DNA of 48,383 nucleotides from Perkinsus olseni (Eukaryota): NCBI GenBank assembly GCA_013115125.1, contig JABANN010000239.1, positions 1 to 48,383 of the forward strand, read 5' to 3'. Shown piece by piece: positions 13,134 to 23,868 of this stretch (position 1 is its first letter; each line of letters starts with the position of its first letter). The notes under the pieces were generated by a model. It saw only the letters and a program-made list of their open reading frames with translations, ran no database searches and was not told where the DNA came from. The position numbers and the translations under genes were made by a program.

Positions 13134-13929
13134 CTAAAATCTGTACTTGTCCTCCAACAGAGCGAATGGCATGCGCGTAGCCACTGGATCATACCTGATG
13201 ATGAGCCACTAACAGCAGCAACAGCGTTGGGTACAGCACGAGACAGAATCGGCGCTATTACGGAAACGCGCGATGATAGGCTAAAGTTCTATCAACGACG
13301 GAGAAGCCAACGGTAGAAAAGTAGCCCGGCACGTGATGATTTGATGGCATTACTCCTGAGCCAGACTGGCGAGCCGATGCATCTGCTGATCTTCAGCTAG
13401 TTGCTGATAGAACACTGCCTGCTTCTCCAAGTATCTGCCGTTAACGTGGATTGGATTTATGAGGCCATACTAAGCACCGAGCTGGCGAAAGGAAATGTAG
13501 TGTTCTCTAGTCCGTTTTCCACGGCGATGAAAGTAATAGCGATCTCGCCGAGATAAGTCGGCCCCCGCTATTACCTCTGTCGACTCATCAATATGAGGTG
13601 CTCCTTATCGGCAAAACGGACCTGAATAGTGGCAACTCCAGCCCGACACTGTGTTAAGAGCATTCTGGCTGCGAAAAAGTTGGTACTAGAAATAAGAGAA
13701 CCCAGAGCCCACCTTGATGTTCCTGAGAAGGTAGTCAGCACCAGCCACGCCCACACCGAGCGCTGCACCGAATAGTGCAGAGTAGATGAACGTACCTGTT
13801 CGACGATAAGGGCAAAAGATGGTATGAATTGCTGACAGTACCGGGCTTGAAGTTGGAGCCAATGGAAGCACCCATCTTGGCGAAGCGCTGGGCAGCGGTG
13901 GGCTTAGCAACGGCCTCTGTAGACGACAT
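13134..13929 (-). CDS. Small (~120 aa) single-pass membrane protein, 5 exons, probably mitochondrial
   Basis: Clean splice model: MSSTEAVAKPTAAQRFAKMGASIGSNFKPGT|FIYSALFGAALGVGVAGADYLLRNIK|VRFADKEHLILMSRQR|YLEKQAVFYQQLAEDQQMHRLASLAQE|YDPVATRMPFALLEDKYRF*. One GxxxG-containing hydrophobic helix. Localisation is inference. Confidence 0.75.
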
Positions 13930-14499
13930 GCCTTCAATGGTATCCAAAAATGGGTCGATCCACTGAGCATACGAGTGGTTGCTGTGCGTTTAGAGCTGAC
14001 CAGCGTTCGTGGCGCGCAGAAGCGTTCTGATAGAATTCGAAGTGACGAGTTTCGACCGGTCGAAAAACAGCTCAGATCCGAAGGTGGCCATCCCCGACCA
14101 AATCAATCCATATCGGGTCATTGTCATCAGGTTGCTGCAATTCACCGGCACTAGATACTTGACCCAGGACACTTTCACGATGATGCTCAGCAGCAATCGA
14201 TCATTTGGGCGCGCGCGTTCGAACATTTGCACGCGTCACCTCAATGAACGCCGTCTCGTTCAGATCCCCGAAGCGTGAGGTCTGTGACGCCAGGGCGTCT
14301 AAAAACGTCTTTCCGCGCTGCGGTTAGCGAACCTGTTCGTGCATGCTTACTATCCTTGGACGAAAGTTGTTTTTGCTGCTTCCACCCAGCCGAACCGAGC
14401 GAGTTATTTTCGACTTACCTGCGAAATTCCGTGAATGGCGATAGTTGCGGTATGAAGTCTCTGCGGATCTTACCATAGGTATATTGTTCTACCTTATCC

Positions 14500-15257
14500 A
14501 TGGTTTCACCTTACCCCGTCAACCCCAGGCTGCCGCTGGGCAATACTGGACGCCAGCGCGTTCGGAAGGAAATCTCCAAGGCCTTGCGAGCGAACCCGGA
14601 ACTACGATCCCTGTGCAAGTCTGTTGCACCTGATGTAATATCATACAGTGAGAGGCAGGGTCGGGGTATAAGCCGCGGTGGGGTAGGTAGACACTGTGAG
14701 CAGCAAGTAGATCTTGGGTTGTGTGGGCTGTCTTTTCTCGACTACTGTCCCCTTTTCGGAATGCGGCGCATATGCTCACAACGCATGATGCTATTCGGAG
14801 TATCATAAAGCATTTTATTGACTACTGCCGCCCATCTAGTCGGGATACGCTGTCGCATCCACCGGTTGTCAGTAAATACTTTGGACAGTAGCTTGGTTGT
14901 TTTCAGATCAAAAAGGCTACCAAGTCGCAGCTCCTGGAGATGTGCGTTATCACCGGCACTCTGGATCAGGCTATCCAAATTTCACAGGAAAACGCGGCTT
15001 CTCAAGCTGTGCATAGCTCTCATTTACGTGTGACGACTAACCCGCGCGCTGACGGTTCGGCGCTGGGTGATGGTAACGCGTCGCAAGCTATGGGCTCTAC
15101 AGGCTCTACTGCCGTATCGGCAACTGCCTCTATCAACGAATCTGGTGATCTCGGCTTTGACACCATGACCTTCCCCTTTTGGCTTGAACGACAACCAAGC
15201 AAGAGTTTCGTCGAAGCGTTGGCCGATGATATTTCAAAGCCGCCACAGAGCTTCTAG
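14500..15257 (+). CDS. Paralogue 1 of a novel basic-helical-domain family (exons 14500-14634, 14907-15257)
   Basis: LPLGNTGRQRVRKEISKALRANPELRSLCKSVAPD|IKKATKSQLLEMCVITGTLDQAIQIS, then a Ser/Gly/Thr-rich tail. The intron is phase-0 GT-AG. Confidence 0.8.
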
Positions 15258-15990
15258 TTGTTCTGTCCAGCGGCGGTTGGGTTTTTTTCTGGTGAGGGAG
15301 ACCCTATTAGAGTCAGGATTGAGGTCCTTCAGGCTTTCGGTAAAATTGACTTTCGTGCTTCGCCCCTTTTTCACTATGAAGTGGCCGGAAGACTTGTGTA
15401 TGGACATAACCTCGATTTTTATCGTCCAGTTGCTGCTGCTGTTATAGCTGCCATGTAGTGGTAAACGGCAGCTGTTGTTATTACCTCTATCATCGGCTCT
15501 ACCCCTTGTAGGTAGTTGTAGTATTTAATCATCATAAACCTCCTATTAATCTCTATTCATTCTGCCATAGATCAGGTTAGTCGTTGCTTGATATCTGTTC
15601 AATGGTATCTTGGATGTACCACTATTGCCTTATCACTATATGACTCCATCAGCTAGTTTATCACTATTACTGTATCATAACTACTTCTTCTTGCTGCTGC
15701 TGCTCGCCTGCTAAGGCTAGGGCCCCGTGGTATTCTTCTTAGGTCCTGTCTCCTAGTGGCGTTCTACAGCAGAGAGTCCAGGTGCTGCTACTGATGCTAC
15801 TAGCATTTTCGTGTGAGGGTTATGTGCAAGTGACGTCCAAGCATTCTCTGTGACTCATCGTTTCGTCATCCACAGCACTTCTCTCTGCTGCTTACGAGCA
15901 TAGCATGCCATTTGTGTTGCCTGGGGGGGCATCTTATCGTCTATGTAGCTGTCGCTGTTAGGCTCGACGTTTTCACGATCCCTGGATTGA

Positions 15991-16876
15991 ATGTCTCTCT
16001 TCGTATCGCAGTCCATGCACCCACCTTCGTCTACTGATCTGAGCGCCCTCTTCGATCCGCAAAGCTTCAAGCTTGGCCAAGCAATGGGTGAAGATATGAA
16101 CCCTTCATCAGGATATTCCTTAAAGCCGAGTTCAGATGACGTCCTGTCTGGTGGTAATTCACGAAAAACTAAGACGCCGTCCCGAAGGTCGCGGTCGAAA
16201 ACCATGATGGGCGAGAAATCGGTTCGTCTGGGAAACAACGGCCGACGGCTCGTGCGCTCGGCGATAGCGAAGGCATTGCTTGAGAAGCCTGAACTACGAG
16301 AGAAATGCCGACGGGTGGCCACGGTAAGCGAGCCCATCAGCCGCGGGTCCTGATCGTTTTCACGAATTCAGGTGAAGTCTGCGACGGTGAAGCAGCTGTT
16401 GAGAATGTGCGAGATAGTTGGCGTACGAGAAGTTGCTGAAGAAGCTATAAGAGCGATGGATCCAAGTATCGATTTGGAGGACCCCAAGCTATGGGCCCAG
16501 GTTCACGAAGATGATGCACCTGAGAATAGGGACGTCCTTACGACGAATACGTTCCCCCTGATGGTAAGCCTCATCGCCTCTGCTGAGTATCTTCAATTTC
16601 ACCGTCTCCCAGTTGAACTGATTCTTTTGCAGGCCAATGCTCCGCACAAGACGGTTGGCTTGGCCGTCACTGGTCAGTCTCGGAATGGGTTCCCAGACTT
16701 GGTGTCTATGGCGAATAATCGCCTCGAAGAACAGAGGGGCCGTCAAAAGCTCGGAGACACTATCGCCGATATGCATTCGATGCTTGGAGAGCTGTCGGGC
16801 CACTCTCGCGTTGAGAGCATTCCACAAGACTCGGAGTTGAACATCTTCGACAACCCGCTACTGCACAATAAGTTGC

Positions 16877-16924
<48 letters not shown>

Positions 16925-17169
16925 TGCCGTTGTTCACCTCTTCCTTGGAAGGCTCTGGTATGGATGGCACTACCTCGACGAGCACTTCGTTTTCATCTGG
17001 TTTGCCGAGTTGGTTGTCGTCTCCGGTGTCCCTCTCTGTGTCGGACCCAAGACGGTTCTCCGGCTTTCGACTGGGCGAGGATACCACACCAACCTCATCT
17101 TCTTTGTCATTGGCGTTGATGCTACATAACAACGAAGGTCCAGTAGTTAATGTTTCTCCTCGCCATTAG
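15991..17169 (+). CDS. Paralogue 2 of the novel domain family, with polyQ tail (introns 16324-16371 and probably 16564-16632)
   Basis: VRLGNNGRRLVRSAIAKALLEKPELREKCRRVAT|VKSATVKQLLRMCEIVGVREVAEEAI, with a Q16 tract and a Ser-rich C-terminus. The start codon could be a downstream Met. Confidence 0.8.
16876..16923 (+). repeat. (CAA)16 microsatellite encoding polyQ
   Basis: Pure CAA run, in frame within paralogue 2. Confidence 0.95.
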
Positions 17170-18187
17170 GGACTCGGCAAGAGGTCTAAGTCCAAGTTAA
17201 GATCGCCGATTTTCTTCTGGTTTTTAACATTGACACTTCCTATCAAGATTTCTTTTACCAACTCATTATCATTACCATTATCATCAACGCCACCACGACC
17301 GAGTATTAGAGTTGCCATTAAATAGTACTTCAGTACTGTTCAGAGCTGTTGGATGCTCACACTTGCCTTAGAGTATCATTGATCATTGTCACGTTAGAGT
17401 TGATTCGCCGTAACTCATATTGCAGCGCTTCTCCTCCTCCTGTTGCTGCTTTTGGTCCTATATGGAAGCTGGTGTCCTGCGGCACAAGGCTGTTCGTAGG
17501 TTAGCTAATCGGAGCTTGCAGAGGCCAAGGCTGGTCTACCGGCGTCGCGGATGGGCAAGCGTATCTTTGTCGACCCAAGTACTGGAGGAGAGCATTATCA
17601 TCGAGTTCATTAGAAAGCTCGTTTTTACCTTTTCTGGCCCCGAAGTTGAGGCCTTTTAGTGGCTTCATCCACTATCATGCACTTCTCTCGTGTATCATTG
17701 TTATTTTTATTTTTTCCACATTTTTACCCTTTCTATTCAGTAGACTACGTTATGGATCCAGGTAAAGGTTTTTGTTCTCGGATGTAACGGCATTGGCTGA
17801 TGGTGCTCCCCGAGGAGGGGCTTGCGATGCTGACGCTCATTCGCTATCCGAAGGGATGCTCACAGGCCAAGTGCCTTAAGACCGTTACGGCCTTATACCC
17901 TTTCAAATACTGCAAATTTGTTCAGCTTCGCTGTCGAGTTCTGGACACCGCGGGTTCCGATGTCTTACCATGTTCCCCCTGTTACTATAGACGATGTACC
18001 GGGTAGGTAGTCCCGGTCGTTTCCTTTGAGGGTCTCTTCAGTGCCCGAGTGGAGTAGGGCCAAAGCTGAATCGTTTCTGTCTCTATCCTTCAGAATTTCG
18101 AGCCCTACTTGAGGTTTTGTGTGTTGTAGCAGCGGAATTCAGTGGATAGTGAGCTCACGTGAACGGTCTTCTCCAGTTTTACTATTC

Positions 18188-19107
18188 ATGGACTTTTCTG
18201 TTGGCAACACTGCCATTCTCGAGCGTCACGCCGTGGCGGCAGTCGATGAGAAGGGAAAGTCGCCGCGCGCTCGTGAGAAGAGTTTAGGCAGCAATGGCCG
18301 CGATGTTCTGAGACGAGAAATAACGAAAAGGCTTAGAGCCTTCCCACACCTACGGATCGTCGCCAATCGGATCGCACCTGTAAGTTCCCATTGTTATTAT
18401 TAATCAGTCATTTTCCGAGTGATAACTTGATGGTGCAGATACGTTTCGCGACGGTGCCCCAGCTGCATCAGATCGCGGAGGATGTTGGCATAGGTGAAAT
18501 AGCGGCAGTGATATCCAGAGCTGATCAGGCGCACCGGAAATCGAAGAAAGGAGGGAAAACTGATGGCGGACGTCGAAAGTCGACCGGTGGCCGGGCCGAT
18601 GTGAACGTGAAGGAAGCCATAGCTGACAGTCTAGCGGAGTATCGTTGGCCTCTTAATGACGGTTATTCGACTATCCATAGGGATATGTCCGACTCAGGGC
18701 AGGGAGAAGTCGCAAACTCGCATCCTACAGATCCCCTTAATCTTGACCTTCATCTGTCTACCGCGTCGCCATCATCCTCACATGCTGCGGCTCCTTTTCA
18801 CAACATCACCTCTCTCGCCGTCTCAATAGCGGATGGTGCTTCGGCCGTATCTTCTACCCCCGTCATGTGCTGGGACAACCCTGGTGTCGCCGCCCCCAAT
18901 GAGGTCAGCCGTTTAGGAGGGCCACTCTCCCTCCCGGATAAGGCCCATGATCATCAGCAGCCTTTCACCACCCACGATCGAGACTACAATTATCGGGACT
19001 ACTCGGTGATGCGGCAAATACCGAGCCTCTCAACGTCGCTGCTGTGGGACATCAATAATCGTGACGAGCATCGGGAGAGTGGTCGCAATCCGGTATTCCC
19101 TATGTGA
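18188..19107 (+). CDS. Paralogue 3 of the novel domain family (exons 18188-18379, 18439-19107)
   Basis: KSLGSNGRDVLRREITKRLRAFPHLRIVANRIAP|IRFATVPQLHQIAEDVGIGEIAAVIS, followed by the basic stretch RKSKKGGKTDGGRRKSTGG and a disordered tail. The intron is phase-0 GT-AG. Confidence 0.8.
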
Positions 19108-19717
19108 GAACATCCCTCTCGTAGTGGTCTATTTCTTGTACTGCTTGAAGCTGGATATATCAAACCACATCTCACGCTTCTCCTCGGATATGCAACTCGA
19201 GATCGGCTGGAGAGGTCTCCGTTATTGGCTAGTGTTCGAACACGATTTTTATTGGAGTCTCCTGCCTTGTGCGTAGCAACCTTGTCGTCGTCATGCGCGA
19301 AAAGCAGTGCTGCCTTGGGTGATTTCAGCTGCTAGCTTTCATATCTATCGGCTTCTGCTGTACCCTTTTATATATGTCGAGATCATGTACCATTGACTAC
19401 ACTACGGTGGAGGGCGGGCGGCGCAGGATGCCTTTTGGAATGCCTCAATGTTGCTGAGCCACTTGGATGCTACCAAACTTCAGTTGATCAGGATGATCGT
19501 TGGTCTCATCGTTTTCCTCGAAGAGCTGTTGATTTTAGAATCGGGTGTCCCCGCATGTCGGGTGCTCGTGAATCTTCGGACGGGGTGATCATGTCCTAAA
19601 GAAGGGTCGATTGGGGAGTAGCGCGCTCGTAAGGACTTCTTATTGTTCGCGGTCTTTGCCATTGTCTTCCTGTGAAAGTTTTTAGCCCCGGTTCCCTGTT
19701 CAGTTTGTTGGTTACTT

Positions 19718-20800
19718 ATGTCTTTGGTCACCGCGATCAACGACTCTGATGCACTCGGAGCATCGGCCTTCGAAGCTGCATTCCCAGTGTTCGAGCCAGA
19801 GGGAGGGAAACTCATAACGAGCTCACCTTCACCGTCATCGCCGAGTCATTTAGTGCTGAGACGCCGTGAGCTGGCCGTCAATTCGCATGAGTATTCGGCG
19901 AAGACGATGAGAATCCTGGTCAAAGCGCAAGGGGAAGTCTACCCGAAGGAAGTTAGAGAAGTAAGCAGTGCACCTTGCTCTCACAAGCCTTACGGAGGGT
20001 GTCCCCGATTTTCTGGGTTACGCTGATGGGTCCTTCCCCTGTTGTACGCAGCCGCAGAGGGTCGTTGAGCATATGACATTCGCTTCAGAATGTGCCGTAT
20101 TTCGGTGGACTTCAAGCGGTACGGAAGGAGATAAGCTACGTCCCATCTGAGCCAGCAGCACTGGACCCTTGCCGACCGTCTCTGCCGATTCCCACCGTTG
20201 ATCGACTCCACCCGCTCAGCAACCCTGTGGCCAGTGGCGTTCACAAAATGTGCGCTGGCGAGACCCGGACGGTCGTATGTGCTGGGTAAGATCGTCAGTA
20301 GTTCGATTCGCTGAGACTGTGATTTGCCGTGGCTTCAGACCGCAGCTGGACCCTGGTTCGCCTGACGGCTTCGACGTGACAATGATACCCCAACCCGTGA
20401 GCTGAGCTATCCATTTATAACCATTGTTGTTTCACGAAGATGGAGAAGGACGAGAGCAAGTTTCAACACCAGGCAGTTCCCAACACAAGACGCTTCTGAA
20501 CATACTACCATCGCAGCTCCATACGAGGCGATTCTGGACCTTTGACCAGCCTCGCGAAGACGCTCGATTGTTTGACAAGTTACTTAGCCCTTTGATTGCA
20601 CCATAGAAGTTGTCTTATCAGGAAGATTTTGTGGCTCGTTAATGGAGGCGTAAGACGGATTCTTGTTTGGTTCTTGCAGTCATCACTGGGTGGATCTCCA
20701 CATCGTGGCATGCAGTCCACCGGGGACCAAGTGGCGGGCTCTCGTTGACCGTTTCATGAAAGAAGACAATGTGAGAGCTCCGAAGCTCAAAAAGGGGTAG
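19718..20800 (+). CDS. Hypothetical multi-exon protein (3' end unresolved)
   Basis: Exon-like blocks ending at GT donors: ..GEVYPKEVRE|gtaagc, ..GETRTVVCAG|gtaag and HWVDLHIVACSPPGTKWRALVDRFMKEDNVRAPKLKKG|gtag. No domain recognised. Confidence 0.35.
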
Positions 20801-23785
20801 TTTCTCCTGTTAGTTTTGGCACTACAAAAATGACGACTCAGAAGTTGCCATCTCTTACGATTCGTATGCTCTCCTCGTAGCCAGTGTGGCGATGCAGCAG
20901 GCAGCTCCTCTGACCATGTGTAGTTGATGTGGTAAATGGTGTTTTCTCTGCAATGCGAGCTTCTGGACTGTGCAAGGGACTACACGCTCGGCCTTAGCAG
21001 CCTCGCCCTCACCTTCTGCTGCCTCGCGGCCCTCAGACAGTTACTCTTCCGGAGCCCACTCAAGCCGGAGACTCCCGATATTCTTATAATATTGCTGGTA
21101 GGCTCGGGCCGAAGGCGTGATGCGCTTCTGGGAGCGGATTCTCAGCATTGGCTTTTCGCTGACGTCTCGGGGATAGCGCGAGGTGAACTTTTCTGGGACA
21201 GCTCGGATCTTTGGTAGGCTACGACTGTGCTGGGCACCGGCACTCAGCGCGTTGTGAACTATATCCCTTTGAACGTCGATTGCATTTGGGAGTACCTAGG
21301 GTTGATGATGATGCTGATGAGTTGTGCTGCTTCAGTCCTTAGGCCAGTGCTTCCTCGGTTTCATCTACTACGGCTTCTCAGAGTCGATTGGGCTTGAACT
21401 CTTCATTCGGGCGGTGAAGGTATTGCAGACATTGCTAATATGTTGGTTACTGCTGGCCGGCCAGCGCCAGATAGACCCGCTGGTGCACGACTCCACGTGA
21501 GTGTGGGAGCCTTGATATCATAGCTCCATAATGGGCAGGTGGACAGGCCAGGGTGGAGTATTGCCCCCTGAGCCTCCCTTGGTCCGACTCCCGGATCGTG
21601 CCCTCTCTCTCGAATGAGCACTTTTCCGGTCGTAAATTAAACGACGTGGTGTCTCTTTGAGCGCTATAGACCGATGGTCGGCGCTCGAAATTGCATTTTG
21701 ACGCTGTCGGTCTACGCTTACCTTCAATACAGCCCCTCCCTCCTTCAGGTGGCTCCACCGATCCTTTCTCTGTCTCGCGATAGGTGTGGTAGTGGTTTAT
21801 GTATTTGCTGCCTTCGTGATGAAGCCCAGCAAGAACGTGTGCCGAGGTAGCTCAGCCTCTCACTGGGAGAACAGGCAGTTAGCTCGTCGCTGCTCAGATT
21901 CATCGTGGTTGATAATGTCAGTCATGTGGCTCATCGTAGCACTGTCACTGGTTGTACTCTCTCGTAAGTTTATCAGTCCCTCGACTGCGTGCTCAGTAGT
22001 CAGCTTCAGTCAAAATGTATCGAGAGAGCAAGCAGCGCTCCCAGTCTCGGCGAGAATCTCGAAGTGCGCTCGTGGGGGACGTCGTCGGGAAGTACGGCGA
22101 ACAACAAGCCCGAATATCATGCTAACCCTAGTCCTTGTGCACTCTCAGGCGCTCGATGCGTGCAGCTCGTCCGCATGGGTTGTCGATAGACTCGGATATA
22201 TCAGCGTCTCCGGTTGTACCAGATGCAGGAGTAGTGGAGGCCGAGGGCATGGAGCGAACACGACGGAACTTAGTGGTAGTACGGGCGCAGCCGTTGTATT
22301 TAATGGCACGACGCCGCGTTTCATCTCTATGATAGTAGTATAGTGTGAACGGACTCTCCGTAGCTATCAGTGCCGGCAGACGCTGAGCTCATCGGCTGAG
22401 CTGATGGCAGGTCCTAGTAGGGCTGGAAGCTCTGGCGGCCTTCATTACAGTTGTGTGGGACATAGTACTGATACTAGCAGCGAGGAAGGAGGACGCAGAG
22501 ACGGCAGCAGGAGAGGAAGTGGTGAAGAGTTGTGAGCACTTTCTGGCTCACGCTCCTTGGGCTGAGACTGCTGTGTAAGTCCCCTTACGCTGCTAACCGT
22601 CCTCTTGATGGGACGCTGTCAGGTTCATACTCACTCGGGGCTTTAGCCTCCTCGTCCCTCAACTGGCCGTTCTCTACGTATTCTACTGGGTGAACCGCCG
22701 CCTCCACGCGAGTTTCCGGTGAGCGGTATCTGCTCTGGGACTTGAGGTCAGTTTGCGTATGCTAGGTACAACTGGGATATCGACCTGGCTATGGGAGACA
22801 CGGTATGCCTCCCACCGGCCCCAACACCATTTGCTGCGGGAACCCTGGGAGAGCCCTCTTTTTGGTTCGGCAACGAGACAGCAGCATCCTCTTACAACCC
22901 CGAGGATCGAAAGGGGAGTCGACCAGAGCCGGTCGAATAGCACTGGTATTATTAATAAGAGTCCTTTATTGAGAGATTGTACATTGTGTCATTACTTGCT
23001 AGTTTTGTGAGGTTGGAACACTTGTGATGCATCATTCGTGTGTTGTAATCTTTCCGAAGAGGAGAAGTTGTTGCGCGAGTGGTCAATGAGAGGTGGGTGT
23101 GTTACGATAGGAGCTAAGGGCCGTGTCATGAGATGATGTACCCGACCGTTCTTGCATCTTCGCGGCAATGTCCGACCCTCAGTCAGCATCCGAGACCAGT
23201 CACCGAGAGAGTGGCCAATGGCCTGTGATGAAGGTGGGATATGGCACAGCTTTCGGGACCTCCGCTTCTCGTCACCGTCAGGAATGGTTCGCCCTTGAAA
23301 CCCCCGCCGATCGACAGTGCTCAGTCGGTGCATCAGTTGGGGAACTTTCTGTTGCATGCGATGCCGTAGAGACACCACAGCAACAGGTGAGTAAGCAGGA
23401 ATCGGTAGGTAACATGGTTATTGATCGATAGTCAAAGTCTTGGATGGCTGCCTTCCGACGGCACAAGTCTGTTCTTAGAACGGCGGGGTCGTCACAGAAG
23501 AGAGTGTTAAGCGGCGGAAGGTGGGTCCTAGTCCGCCAAGCGGCGACTCATCACAAGACAGAACTCGCGAGGAACCCTATCCTGAGCCCGCAGCTGATTC
23601 CAGCCCGCATGTGTGCCAGTCGCCTCGAGAAGATGGGGTAGAATCTTGTTAGAGGCGGTGAGATGGATGTTGATCGTAGGTGTGTTCCATTTTCAGATCC
23701 CTCTCGTTGTACTTCCACGGTTGATGCCGTCGATGGAGCCGAATCGCCAAGTGCCAGAGGTAACACGATAGAAAACTATGATAAG

Positions 23786-23868
23786 TCCGGCAACCCGGAA
23801 TCGAACCAGGGACCATCCGATATCTAGATCACTACAGTCGGACGCTCTACCAACTGAGCTATTGCCGG
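23786..23868 (-). tRNA. tRNA-Tyr(GTA) with a 10-nt intron (23822-23831)
   Basis: Reverse complement: CCGGCAA TAGCTCAGTTGGTAGAGC G TCCGA CTGTAG[TGATCTAGAT]A TCGGA TGGTC CCTGG TTCGATT CCGGG TTGCCGG A. Full cloverleaf, C1-G72 pair and A73 typical of eukaryotic tRNA-Tyr, intron after position 37. Confidence 0.97.

Noticed and set aside
16743-17132. Poly-Cys ORF on the minus strand
   Set aside because: It is simply the antisense reading of the (CAA)16 tract.
19598-19645. KKGRLGSSALVRTS as a fourth, decayed paralogue core
   Set aside because: Only RLG/LVR match. The rest of the domain and the conserved intron are absent, so chance is likely.
20850-23780. Scattered exon-like fragments on both strands
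   Set aside because: I could not assemble a consistent spliced frame or recognise a domain. Genes or pseudogenes may exist here but are unsupported.
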